DNA of 64,000 nucleotides from Mobula birostris (taxonomy: Eukaryota): the NCBI RefSeq assembly GCF_030028105.1, contig NC_092374.1, positions 8,670,998-8,734,997 of the forward strand. Reading direction: 5' to 3'. Within the stretch, counting starts at the first letter, position 1. The number at the start of each line of letters is the position of its first letter. Shown here in pieces: positions 38,801-50,072 of this stretch. The notes beneath the pieces are model-generated. The model ran no database searches. It saw only the letters and a program-made list of their open reading frames with translations, and had not been told where the DNA came from. The position numbers were made by a program, and so were the translations under genes.

Positions 38801-39840
38801 ATCGTCAATCCACCAATCATCTCAGACTCCTGTCTCAACCTTTCTCTATCCATCAATCAACCGAGACGATTGTCTTAGCACTCCTCTATCCATCAGTCAC
38901 CTCAGACACATCTCACTCCTTTTCTAACCATCAATCACCTCATACTCCTGTGTCACCATTCTCAATGCATCAATAACTTCAGACTTCCCTGCTCCTCAGT
39001 ACACCAATCACCTCAGACTCCTAACTCACCCCTCCTCAGTCTACCAATGACTTCAAATCCTGTCTCACCCCTCCATAATCCATCAATCAACTGAGACTCC
39101 AGTCAGACCCCTCCTCAATCCATCAATCACCTCATACTCGTCTCACTCCTCCTCAATCCTTCAATCATCTCAGACTCATGTCGCATCCTCAATTCATCAC
39201 TGAATACTCTTGCCTCAGCCCTCTTCAGCTATCAATCACTAAAGATTCTTGATTCACCCCTCCTCAATCCATCAATCACCTCAGACCCGTCTCACTCCTC
39301 CTCAACCCATCAATCACTTCAATCTCCTGTCACGTATCTCCTCAATCCTTCAGCCACCTGAGATCACTGCCTCACCTCTCCGCTATCAATCAATCACCTC
39401 AGACTCCTGTCTTACCTCTCCTCAATCCAAAAGTCACTTCAGACTGCTCTCTCACTCCTCAGCAATCCATCAATAAACTCAGACTCCTTTATCATCCCTC
39501 CCCAATCCTTCAGTCACCTCAGTCCCCTGTCTCCCCTCTCCTCAATCCATTTATCACCTCAGAAACCAGTCTCACTCTTCCTCAATCCATAAATCATCTC
39601 AGACTCCTGACTCTCCCCTCCTCAATCCATCTACCTCTTCACACTACTGTCTCAACCCTCCTCAATCCATCAATCACTGACTCATTTTTCCACTCCTCCT
39701 CAATTCATCAATCATATCAGTCCTGTCTTATCCCTCCTCAATCTACCATCACCACAGACTCCTGACTCTCCCCTGCTCAATCCATCAATCACATCAGACT
39801 CCAATCTCATGGCTGCTCAATTTGCCAATCCCCTCAGACT
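35865..39840 (+). repeat. 40-bp degenerate tandem satellite (about 4 kb)
   Basis: Consensus ATCAATCACCTCAGACTCCTGTCTCACCCCTCCTCAATCC. Confidence 0.95.
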
Positions 39841-40101
39841 GCGCTTTCCTTTTCCTCTGACTATTCAACAGTCCTCTATCAGTCCTGATGCAAGCCCAAA
39901 ACTTCAGTGTTCTTTTACCCCCACAGATGCAGATTGTTTGTTGTTCAAATATCGACCACTGCTTATCCTCTCTCTCTCTCTCTCGCTCTCTCCCCGCCCC
40001 TCCCCCTGTCTGCCCCCTCCCCTCCCCCTCCCCCTCCTTCCCCCCTCCCCCTCCCCTCTTCTTCCGCTCCTCCTCCCCCTCTGCATTCCCCTCGCCCTCT
40101 C

Positions 40102-40377
40102 NNNNNNNNNNNNNNNNNNNNNNNNNNNNNNNNNNNNNNNNNNNNNNNNNNNNNNNNNNNNNNNNNNNNNNNNNNNNNNNNNNNNNNNNNNNNNNNNNNN
40201 NNNNNNNNNNNNNNNNNNNNNNNNNNNNNNNNNNNNNNNNNNNNNNNNNNNNNNNNNNNNNNNNNNNNNNNNNNNNNNNNNNNNNNNNNNNNNNNNNNNN
40301 NNNNNNNNNNNNNNNNNNNNNNNNNNNNNNNNNNNNNNNNNNNNNNNNNNNNNNNNNNNNNNNNNNNNNNNNNNNNN
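40102..40377. other. Assembly gap (276 N) inside a C/T-rich low-complexity tract
   Basis: Direct reading. Confidence 1.
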
Positions 40378-40536
40378 TCTCTCCTCTCTCTCCCCCTCCC
40401 CGCCTCCCCCATCCCTCTCTCCCCCTCTCTCTGCCTCTCTCTCTCTCTCCCTCTCTCCTCCTCTCTCGCACTCACTCAATCAATCCCTGCCTCACTCACT
40501 CCCAGTATCTCTCTCTCTCTCTCTCTCTCTCTGCAG

Positions 40537-40920
40537 ACTATTCACTCAATGGTTGGTCAATGTCCGGCGCTGATGTGGTCTCAGCGGTGGAAGGAGCCTC
40601 CGCTGTGTTACCGTGGACTTTCACCCACCCACCCACTGACCTCGTCCCTTCCGGCACCGTGATCTGGTACAAGACAGAACAAGGTGCCAGAAAACCGGTA
40701 TTTAACTGCACCTATCCCAGTTCTGGCCGCTCCTGGTGCGATACAACAACACTGAAGACTGGAGGAGGGCGGTTCGGATTCGTGGGGAACCTCAGTCAGA
40801 GAGATGCCTCGATAATGGTGCAGCGTCTGAACCGGAGTGACGGTGGTCGGTATCAGTGCCGGGTGGAGCTCAATATTGATAAATTTGAAACGGCGGTTCT
40901 AACAGATCTGTCTGTGAGAG
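40537..40920 (+). CDS. Receptor exon: Siglec-15-like V-set Ig domain (V1), phase 1-1
   Basis: (CT)nGCAG acceptor, AG|GTGAGG donor, 384 nt open; VLPWTFTHP..VIW..VFNC..WCDT..GRF..VGN..DASIMVQRL..DGGRYQCRVEL parallels Siglec-15, including the F-strand Arg. Confidence 0.92.
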
Positions 40921-41449
40921 GTGAGGACGATGTTCAAACATTGAGCTGTAAAAGTACACTAATCATTTCACATTTTATTTCCCTGAAAACATATTTTATT
41001 CATAATCTACAAGTACATTTTGCAGGATAATCATGTCAAATTACACGTGATTGTCATGTGCACATCACATAGAACACTACGGCACCGTACAGGCCTTTCA
41101 GCCCACAATGTTGTGCTAGCTCTTAAACCTGCTCCAAGATCAATCTAACCCTTGCCTCCCACGAACCCCTCCATTTCTACAACAACCGTGTACCTGTCTG
41201 AAAGTCTCCCCCTCCCCTCCCCCTCTCCCCTCCCCTCCTCCCCTCCTCCCCTCCCCCTTCTCCCCCTCCTCCCCTCCTCCTCCTCTTCCCCCTCCCACAT
41301 ACCCCTCCATTTCTATAACATCTGCGTACCTGTCTGAGAGACTCCCCCTCTCCCTCTCTCCCCTCCCCCTCCCACATACCCCTCCATTTCTACAACATCC
41401 GTGTACCTGTCTCAGAGTCTCTCTCTCTCTGTCTTGCTCTTTCTCTCTC

Positions 41450-42036
41450 TCTCTCTCTCTCTGTCTCTGTCTTCAAATTTGACCTACCGAAATGAGCCAC
41501 TTCACACTTATCTGGGTTAAAGTCCATCTGCTACTTCTCAGCCCAGTTCTGCATCCTATCGATGTTCCACTGTAACCTCTGACAGACCTCCAGACTATCC
41601 ACAACACCTCCCAATGTTGTGTCCTAAGCACAAACTGACCCCTCTACATCCTCCTCCGGGTCATTTATAAAAATCACAAAGAGGAGGGGTCCTGGCACAG
41701 ATCCCTACGGACCACCACTTGTCACCGACCTGCTTGCAGAACACTCTTAGTCTGGCCTCTACCCTTTGACCTGTTCGACATGGGCGACTGTCTAAAATGT
41801 GCTTAAATGTGCCTACCTCTGCCACATACCCGGCGAGGTGTTCTACACACCCACCACTCTCTGTGTAATGAACCTACCTCTGACATCCCCCCTATACTTT
41901 CCTCCAATCACCTGAAAATGATGCTCCTTTATATTAGCCATTTCTACCCCTGGAAAAGTCTCTGGCTGTCTGCTCCATTATGCCTCTTATCATCTTTTTC
42001 ACCTCTATCAGGTCACCTCTCATCTTTCTTCACTCC
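41450..42036 (-). mobile_element. Old CR1 fragments (counterpart of 2950-3500)
   Basis: Reverse complement of the left-arm CR1 pieces. Confidence 0.85.
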
Positions 42037-42895
42037 TGTTACGTACCCCATAACTGGGTTGCCAAACCAGCAGAAATGGATCACTCAGTTGGAGTCTGGA
42101 TTACTAGAACTAAGAAAGTTTTATTAAAGAAACAAGCAACACAGTAATCGAAAGGATAATGAATGCAACAGTTCAGCAATGATAAACACACATGTGCACA
42201 GAATTAAGATAACAGCATCAATCAAGCTCTATCATTGTCTAGGGGTAAATGACCAATTTCAAAGTGACACAAAAGTCCAGTTCGATTTAATAGTTCAGTT
42301 CGCAGTAATCGTTGCCATGGCGATGGACAACGTGGGGGGAGGGAGAGAGAGTACGACTGATCATTCAGAAACGGCTTCCACTCACAGACCGGCGATATTG
42401 CTCACAAGCGGCTTTCGGGCGGGTCCTCCGCGATGTCACCTGAGGTCACCGACTGTGACCCCTCCTCCAGATGCGGTCGATCCTCTGCAGTGAACCCGGC
42501 ACCCAAGCGAGGGTGGACACACACCGGGTTCCCGCTGATCGTACCTTTCCACCCTTTGCGTTTAAGGTCCGGTACTTCCCACCGACTCGTCAGAGGTGCA
42601 CCGCTTCCAGGGTCTCGTTACCTCGGGTGTCGTGTGTGTCCTGCCTTAGCGAACCTGTCCCTTTTTATCCCCCTGCTGGGGTATCGCCTGTCCATCACTT
42701 CAAACAGTTCAGGGTTCAAAGAGGGAGCCGCTCCAAACAGCTCTCTCTCCCGTCCCTTCATTACACATCTCCAGATGCTGCTTCATTGTTCCTTATCTCT
42801 CCTTCCCCTGAGGACAGGTGGCAGACCAACTGCTGATGCCACTGATGCTAACCCAGGCCAGCAAACATCTTAATTTTATGTGTATTCTCGTCACA
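42037..42895 (-). mobile_element. Solo LTR (Gypsy-like), 859 bp, 4-bp TSD CTCC
   Basis: TGTTAC...GTCACA ends; CTCC at 42033-42036 and 42896-42899; empty site TTCACTCCCAAGAG present in the inverted arm; minus-strand AATAAA near 42121. Confidence 0.92.
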
Positions 42896-43075
42896 CTCCC
42901 AAGAGAGAGTCTCCAGCTTGCTCAACCTTTCCTCATTAAACATGCTCTCTGGTCCAGGCAGCATCCTGGCAGATCTCCTCTACATCTTCTCTAAAGCTTC
43001 CTCGTCCTTCGTATAATGAGGTGAGCGGAACTGAACTTATTGCTGCTGCAGGAACAATTTTCATTGCACGTCTGC

Positions 43076-46000
43076 GCAGGCGCGTGACGTAGCACACCAA
43101 GGTTTAAAAAGCAACCACCATATACAGCGGCCATCGTTGTAGTGGCCATCGTCGGACTGGATTGAGTCAGAGTGGGACGGCTTTGGCTCAAACAGGCTTC
43201 GGCGAGAACAGGCAGAGGCCAGGGTAGGTTCCGGTAAGTTTTTTATTCAGATTGTCTAGCATAGAGAGAATGCCAGGCAGGATGCTGGAATGCTCCTCTT
43301 GCAGGATGTGGGAAGTCAGGGAGCCCTCCGGTGTCCCTGACAACGACACCTGCAAGAAGTGCATCCAGCTGCAGCTCCTGACAAACCGCGTTAGGGAACT
43401 GGAGCAGGAGCTGGATGACCTGCAAATCATTCGGGAGAATGAGGAGATTATAGATAGTAGCTACAGGGAGGTAGTTACACCAAAGGAGCAGAGGCCAGGA
43501 AATTGGGTCACTGTCAGGCAAGGGAAGAGGAAAGGGCAGGCAGAGCAGGGTTCCCCTGTGGCCATTCCCCTCAACAACAAGTATATCGCATTGGATACTG
43601 TTGGGGGGGATGACTTATTTGGGACAAGCTGCAGTAGCCGGATCTCTGACACTGAGTCTGGCTCTGCAGTGCAGAAGGGAGGGGGGAAAGAGGACAGCGG
43701 TAGTGATAGGGGACTCGATAGTTAGAGGTGCAGATAGGAGGTTCTGTGGTCGTGACAGAGAATCCAGGATGGTTTGTTGCCTCCCGGGTACCAGGGTCAA
43801 GGATGTCTCTGATCAATTGCATGACATTCTGAAGTGGGAGAGTGATCAGCCAGATGTCGTGGTGCACATCGGTACCAATCACATAGCAAGGAAGAGTGAG
43901 GAGGTCCTGGAGAGTGAGTATAGAGAGGAAGTTGAAAAGCAGGACCTCGAGGGTGGTAATCTCAGGATTGCTACCTGTGCTACATGCCAGTGAGGGTAGG
44001 AATAGGATGCTCTGGAGGATGAACAAGTGGCTGAGGAACTGGTGTAGGGAGCAGGGTTTCAGATTTCATGATAATTGGGACCTATTCTGGGGCAGGTGGG
44101 ACCTCTCTTGTACAGTTACACTTGAACTACAGGGGAACCAATATCCTTTCAGGGAGGTTTGTTAATGCAGTTGGGGAGGCTTTAAACTAGATTTGCAGGG
44201 GGATGGGAACCAGAGTGCCAGAGCTGACAGAGTGGCTGGGGTGAAAATAAATGATGTTAAAATTTCAAGCAAATCCGCTAATACAAAGGTTGTGAGTGGT
44301 GGTAAAAATCTTCTGAGGTGTATATATTTCAATGCTAGGAGTATTGTGGGGAAGGCGGATGAGCTGAGGGCATGGATTGACACATGGAATTATGACGTTA
44401 TAGCAATTAGTGAAGCTTGGCTACAGAAGGGGCAGGACTGGCAGCTTAATATTTCAGGGTTCCGATGTTTCGGATGCGATCGAGGCAGAGGAATGAAAGG
44501 TGGGGGAGTAGCATTGCTTGTTAGGGAAAATATTACAGCAGTGCTCAGGCAAGACAGATTAGAGGGCTTGTCTACTGAGTCCTTATGGGTGGAGTTGAGA
44601 AACAGGAAAGGTATGGCTACATTATTGGGATTGTATTACAGACCACCCAATAGTCAACGAGAATTGGAAGAGCAAATCTGCAGAGAGATAGCAGGCAACT
44701 ACAGGAAACATAAAGTTGTGGTGGTAGGGGATTTTAATTTTCCATATATTGATTGGGTCTCCCATACTGTTAGGGGTCTAGATGGTTTAGAGTTTGTAAA
44801 ATGTGTTCAGAAAAGTTTTCTAAATCAATATATAGAGGGACCAACTAGAGGGGATGCAATATTGGATCTCCTGTTAGGAAACGAATTAGGACAAGTGACA
44901 GAAGTCTGTGTAGGGGAGCACTTTGGTTCCAGTGATCATAACACCATTAGTTTCAACTTGATCATGGACAAGGATAGATCTGGTCCTAGGGTTGAGGTTC
45001 TTAACTGGAAGAACGCCAAATTTGAAGAAATGAGAAAGGATCTAAAAAGCGTGGATTGGGACAGGTTGTTCTCTGGCAAGGATGTGATCGGTAGGTGGGA
45101 AGCCTTCAAAGGAGAAATTTTGAGAGTGCAGAATTTGTATGTTCCCATCAGGATTAAAGGCAAAGCGAATAGGAATAAGGAACCTTGGTTCTCAAGGGAT
45201 ATTGCAACACTGATAAAGAAGAAGAGGGAGTTGTATAACATGTATAGGAAGCAGGGAGTAAATAAGGTGCTTGAGGAGTATAAGAAGTGCAAGAAAATCC
45301 TTAAGAAAGAAATCAGGAGGGCTAAAAGAAAACATGAGGTTGCCTTGGCAGTCAAAGTGAAGGATAATCCAAAGAGCTTTTACAGGTATATTAAGAGCAA
45401 AAGGATTGTAAGGGATAAAATTGGTCCTCTTGAAGATCAGAGTGGTCGGCTATGTGCGGAACCAAAGGAAATGGGGAGATCTTAAATACATTTTTTGCGT
45501 CTGTATTTACTAGGGAAACTGGCATGAAGTCTATGGAATTAAGGGAAACAAGTAGTGAGATCATGGAAACTGTACAGATTGAAAAGGAGGAGGTGCTTAC
45601 TGTCTTGAGGAAAATTAAAGTGGATAAATCCCCGGGACCTGACAGGGTGTTCCCTCGGACCTTGAAGGAGATTAGTGTTGAAATTGCAGGGGCCCTGGCA
45701 GAAATATTTAAAATGTCGCTGTCTACAGGTGAGGTGCCGGAGGATTGGAGAGTGGCTCATGTTGTTCTGTTGTTTAAAAAAGGATCGAAAAATAATCCGA
45801 GAAATTATAAGCCAGTAAATTTAACGTCGGTAGTAGGTAAGTTATTGGAGGGAGTACTAAGAGACAGAATCTACAAGCATTAGGATAGACAGGGACTTGT
45901 TAGGGAGAGTCAACATGGCTTTGTGCATGGTAGGTCATGTTTGACCAATCTATTTGGAGTTTTTCGAGGAGGTTACCAGGAAAGTGGATGAAGGGAAGGC

Positions 46001-47192
46001 AGTGGATATTGTCTACATGGACTTCAGTAAGGCCTTTGACAAGGTCCCACATGGGAGGTTAGTTAGGAAAATTCAGTCACTAGGTATACATGGAGAGGTG
46101 GTAAATTGGATTAGACATTGGCTCAATGGAAGAAGCCAAAGAGTGGTAGTAGAGAATTGCTTCTCCGAGTGGAGGCCTGTGAACAGTGGTATGCCACAGG
46201 GATCAGTGCTGAGTCCATTGTTATTTGTCATCTATATCAATGATCTGGATGATAATGTGGTAAATTGGATCAGCAAATTTGCTGATGATACAAAGATTGG
46301 AGGTGTAGTAGACAGTGAGGAAGGTTTTCAGAGCCTGCAGAGGGACTTGGACCAGCTGGAAAAAATGGGCTGAAAACTGGCAGATGCAGTTTAATACAGA
46401 CAAGTGTGAGGTATTGCATGTTGGAAGGACAAACCAATGTAGAACACACAGGGTTAATGGTAAGGCACTGAGGAGTGCAGTGGAACAGAGGGATCTGGGA
46501 ATACAGATACAAAATTCCCTTAAAGTGGCATCACAGATAGATAGGGTTGTAAAGAGAGTTTTTGGTACATTGGCCTTTATTAATCAAAGTATTGAGTACA
46601 AGAGCTGGAATGTTATGATGAGGTTGTATAAGGCATTGGTGAGGCCGAATCTGTGTATTGTGTTCAGTTTTGGTCACCAAATTACAGGAAGGATATAAAT
46701 AAGGTTGAAAGAGTGCAGAGAAGGTTTACGAGGATGTTGCCGGGACTTGAGAAACTCAGTTATAGAGAAAGGTTGAATAGGTTAGGACTTTATTCCCTGG
46801 AGCGTAGAAGAATGAGGGGAGATTTGATAGAGGTATATAAATTTATGATGGGTATAGATAGAGTGAATGCAAGCAGGCTTTTTCCACTGAGGCAAGGGGA
46901 GAAAAAAACCAGAGGACATGGGTTAAGGTGAGGGGGGAAAAGTTCAAAGGGAACATTAGGGGGGGCTTCTTCACACAGAGAGTGGTGGGAGTATGGAATG
47001 AGCTGCCAGACGAGGTGGTAAATGCGGGTTCTTTTTTAACATTTAAGAATAAATTGGGCAGATACATGGATGGGAGGTGTATGGAGGGATATGGTCCGTG
47101 TGCAGGTCAGTGGGACTAGGCAGAAAATGGTTCGGCACAGCCAAGAAGGGTCAAAAGGCCTGTTTCTGTGCTGTAGTTTCTATGGTTTCTAT
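43076..47192 (+). mobile_element. Near full-length CR1: 5' UTR, ORF1 (CxxC...CxxC finger, coiled coil, SGNH esterase), ORF2 (APE + RT), disrupted
   Basis: CSSC..CKKC, LQLLTNRVRELEQELDDL, VIGDSIVRG..VVVHIGTN; ORF2 44193-46931 with stops and shifts; empty site in the inverted arm. Confidence 0.97.
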
Positions 47193-47339
47193 GTGTCTGC
47201 ACAGGTGCAGTGAAACTCTAGTTGCAGCAGCAACACAGGCACAGAGCGTTGCATCAGAAAATCAGCAATCAGGTTCAAGTTTATTGTCACCTGACTGTAC
47301 ACATATACAGAGCCAAACGAAACCACCTTCTTCCGGATC

Positions 47340-47750
47340 AGGGTGTTGGACACTTTCTATAGTGAACATCACGTCGCAGAGTGTTCACTGTAGAATTCCT
47401 TCTCAGACGCTCCAGCTCCGGCTGTTGAACACTTTCAGTACAGTCAGTATTACACTGGAGAGGGTTCACTGTAGAATTCCCTGTCAAACACACCAGCTCA
47501 GGCTGTTGAACACTTTCAGTACAGTCCGTATTACACTGGTTAGACGGTTCACTGTAGAATTCCCTGTCAAACACACCAGCTCAGGCTGTTGAACACTTTC
47601 AGTACAGTCAGTATTACACTGGAGAGGGTTCACTGCAGAATTCCCTGTCAAACACACCAGCTCAGGCTGTTGAACACTTTCAGTACAGTCAGTATTTACA
47701 CTGGAGAGGGTTCACTGTAGAATTCCCTGTCAAACACACCAGCTCAGGTT
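47340..47750. repeat. 81-82 bp minisatellite, about 5 copies
   Basis: Reverse complement of the unit at 2355-2610. Confidence 0.95.
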
Positions 47751-47803
47751 GTTCAGCAGTTCCTGTATAGTAAGATTTTACAATGGAGAGGGTGCAGAGG
47801 AGG

Positions 47804-47834
47804 CCATGCCAAACCCCCATTTATTCATGTGTTC
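47804..47834 (+). pseudogene. 31-bp relic of a second V2 exon copy
   Basis: CCATGCCAAACCCCCATTTATTCATGTGTTC versus CCACGTCAAACCCCCATTTATCCATGTGTTC in V2 (28/31). Confidence 0.8.
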
Positions 47835-47841
47835 AATCCAA

Positions 47842-48731
47842 AGGATTGTCAAATATTCATCTGGGATAATATGGAAAAGCAGAGAAAATCGGTGGCTCGG
47901 GGATAGTACTCACGGAGTTCAGAAGAATGGGCGGGTGATGATCTGATTGAAACCTATCGAACATTGAAAGGCCGATAAAGAGTGGATGTAGAGAGGATTT
48001 ATATAGTGGGGGTGTCTAGTACCGCAGAGCCCAGCCTCAGGATAGAGCGACGTCCCTTTGGAACAAAGATGGGGAGGAATTTCTTTAGCCAGAGGGTGGT
48101 GAATATGTGGAATTCGTTGCCACAGACGACTGTGAAGGTCAAATCTTGGTCTTTACAGGTGACCCGATGCTATCTTAGTGAGGAGAACTCAGAGGTGGAA
48201 ATGCATTTATTAGTCTCACTCATTAATTTAAATTAAAAATGAATTATTACATGCATCTTTACATTTTTAGAAGAAAAACACAGTTATACCAAAGGAAAAA
48301 CAAAATCCACTTTAATGCAGTTGATACACTTTAATAGTGTTGATTCACTGTAGTGCTACACTGTACTGACAGTGCTGTTACAGTAACACTCATAGCATGC
48401 TGGAGGAACTCAGCAGGTCGGGCAGCATCAGTGGAAACGATGAGTCGACCTTTCAGGCCAGAACCCTTCGTCAGGACTGAACAAAGAAGGAGGGGGAAGG
48501 ATTTGAAGAATGCTTGTAGGTTCAGTTGAAAGACCGGTAATTTGAAAGACAAAGGGGTGGGGGAGGGGAAGCAGGGACGTCATCGGCAGGAAAACAATGG
48601 GTAGAAGAAGAAGGAGACGGAACCATAAGGGACGTGATAGGCAGCTGGAGGAAGGGGTAGAGTGAAATAGGGATAGAGAAAGAGACGGGGAGGGAATTAC
48701 CGGAAGCTGGAGAACTCTATGTTCATACCAA
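47842..48731 (+). repeat. Direct repeat A flanking V2 (CR1 3' end + Penelope scrap); copy B at 50073-51141
   Basis: Shared start GGATTGTCAAATATTCATCTGGGATAATATGG and shared end CTATGTTCATACCAAG; copy A lacks about 210 bp. Confidence 0.92.
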
Positions 48732-48780
48732 GGGGCACCTAGACGGTATATGAGGTGTTGCTCCTCCAACCTGGGTTGTG
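48395..48780 (-). mobile_element. Penelope-like element 3' end with degenerate hammerhead motif
   Basis: EEQHLIYRLG (end of PLE ORF); minus strand AGTC-CTGACGA-AGGGTTCTGGCCT-GAAAGGTC-GACT. Confidence 0.8.
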
Positions 48781-49328
48781 TTTACGTGCTGTTACAGTGT
48801 AGTGACTAGTGTTGTTATACTGTAATGATTAGTGTTGCTATACCGTCATGATTAGAGCTGTTATGCTGTAGTGATTAGTGTTGTTTCACTCTACAGATCA
48901 GTGTCGTTACACTGTAGTGATTAGTGTTGTTACAGTGTACTTATTTGTGCTGTTACACTGTAATGGCTGGTGTTACACTGTACTGATTGGTGGTGTTATA
49001 CTGTACTGATGAGTGTTGTTACACTCTCCTGATTAGTGTTGGTGTCAATTGGTTCAACAACTGAATGGTTGAAGGGAATTAGCTGTTCCTGAACGTGGTG
49101 GTGTGAGATTTAGGCTTCTCTACCTCCTGCCCGATGGGACTGTTTTATGTTCGAAAGAGTTTCTCTTGTTGGAATGGTTTGCAATTAGTCAGACACATGT
49201 GGGGGTGTTTTCATTTGGGAGGGTGCTGCGGGGAGTTTTTATTATTTTGTAGGCTGGAAATTTTGTCAGTGGTTAAACATGTTTGGTGGTGGTTAACTGA
49301 TTTATTCTGGCACCTGTCCTTCCCTCAG

Positions 49329-49718
49329 CTCCCGGCGAGAGTGTCTCTGTGATGACTGGAACCGAGGGAGCTTCGGCCACGTTACCCTGTGAGTTCACAC
49401 GGCCTCCGCAGAACCTCACCGCACACACGGTGACGTGGATGAGGAAGGATCCCTACCGACACATCGTCACATTCAGGCGTTATGAAAATGGATTGTGGGC
49501 AGCGGAAAACGGAGTGACTCGGTACGAGCTCGTCGGGGACCCAGAGCGGGGAAACGTCTCGATCAGGATAAAGCAGCTGAGTGTGGAGGACAGTCACAGC
49601 TACCGGTGTCTGGCTGCGTTCAGGAAAATGAACCATGATTATTCATTCGACAGAGACCACGTCAAACCCCCATTTATCCATGTGTTCCAGAGTGAGATCC
49701 AGCTGCAGGTCAGACCAG
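49329..49718 (+). CDS. Receptor exon: second V-set Ig domain (V2), phase 1-1
   Basis: TCCTTCCCTCAG acceptor, AG|GTAAGA donor, 390 nt open; ATLPCEF, VTW, RYELVGD, VSIRI, EDSHSYRC. Confidence 0.93.
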
Positions 49719-50072
49719 GTAAGAAACCATTGACACATTCTGCAGGGTATGGGGAGGGTGCAAGAGGGAGGAAGGGAGCAGGAATGGGAAGACGCATCTC
49801 ACGACGTTGAAGCGGCTGCAGCCTCGCCGCTGAGGGGTCAGCTTTAGGTGCAGTTGCCCGGGGGCGGTGGGGGTGTAGGAATCTCGGCTGTCACACCACA
49901 CGGAGGGTGGGGTGTGTGGGAAGCGGGCAGGTGAATGGGGTAGACGGTGTAGAGAAAGATTCAATGGAATACAGAGAAGGTGAGAGAATCGGCTGGAAAA
50001 TGGCAGAACAGAAATACATTACCCTTTGTTTTATTTAATAATAGAGTAAAGATCCCTCACTAGAGTTATGAA

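Noticed and set aside
35865-39840. Satellite as an Ig class-switch-like region
   Set aside because: The consensus lacks AGCT motifs, no Ig constant exons are present, and the G-rich strand is the template strand for this gene.
39794-41030. Long ORFs spanning 39.8-41.0 kb
   Set aside because: They are inflated by the N gap and low-complexity tracts; only 40537-40920 is supported as coding.
43670-43725. Programmed frameshift between the finger and esterase parts of CR1 ORF1 (also near 52835)
   Set aside because: The two copies need different shifts (+1 versus +2) in the same purine run, which fits independent indels.
49329-49718. V2 as a rearranging IgNAR/Ig/TCR V segment
   Set aside because: The G strand and splice donor are in the same exon; there is no CACAGTG heptamer RSS and no D or J segments.
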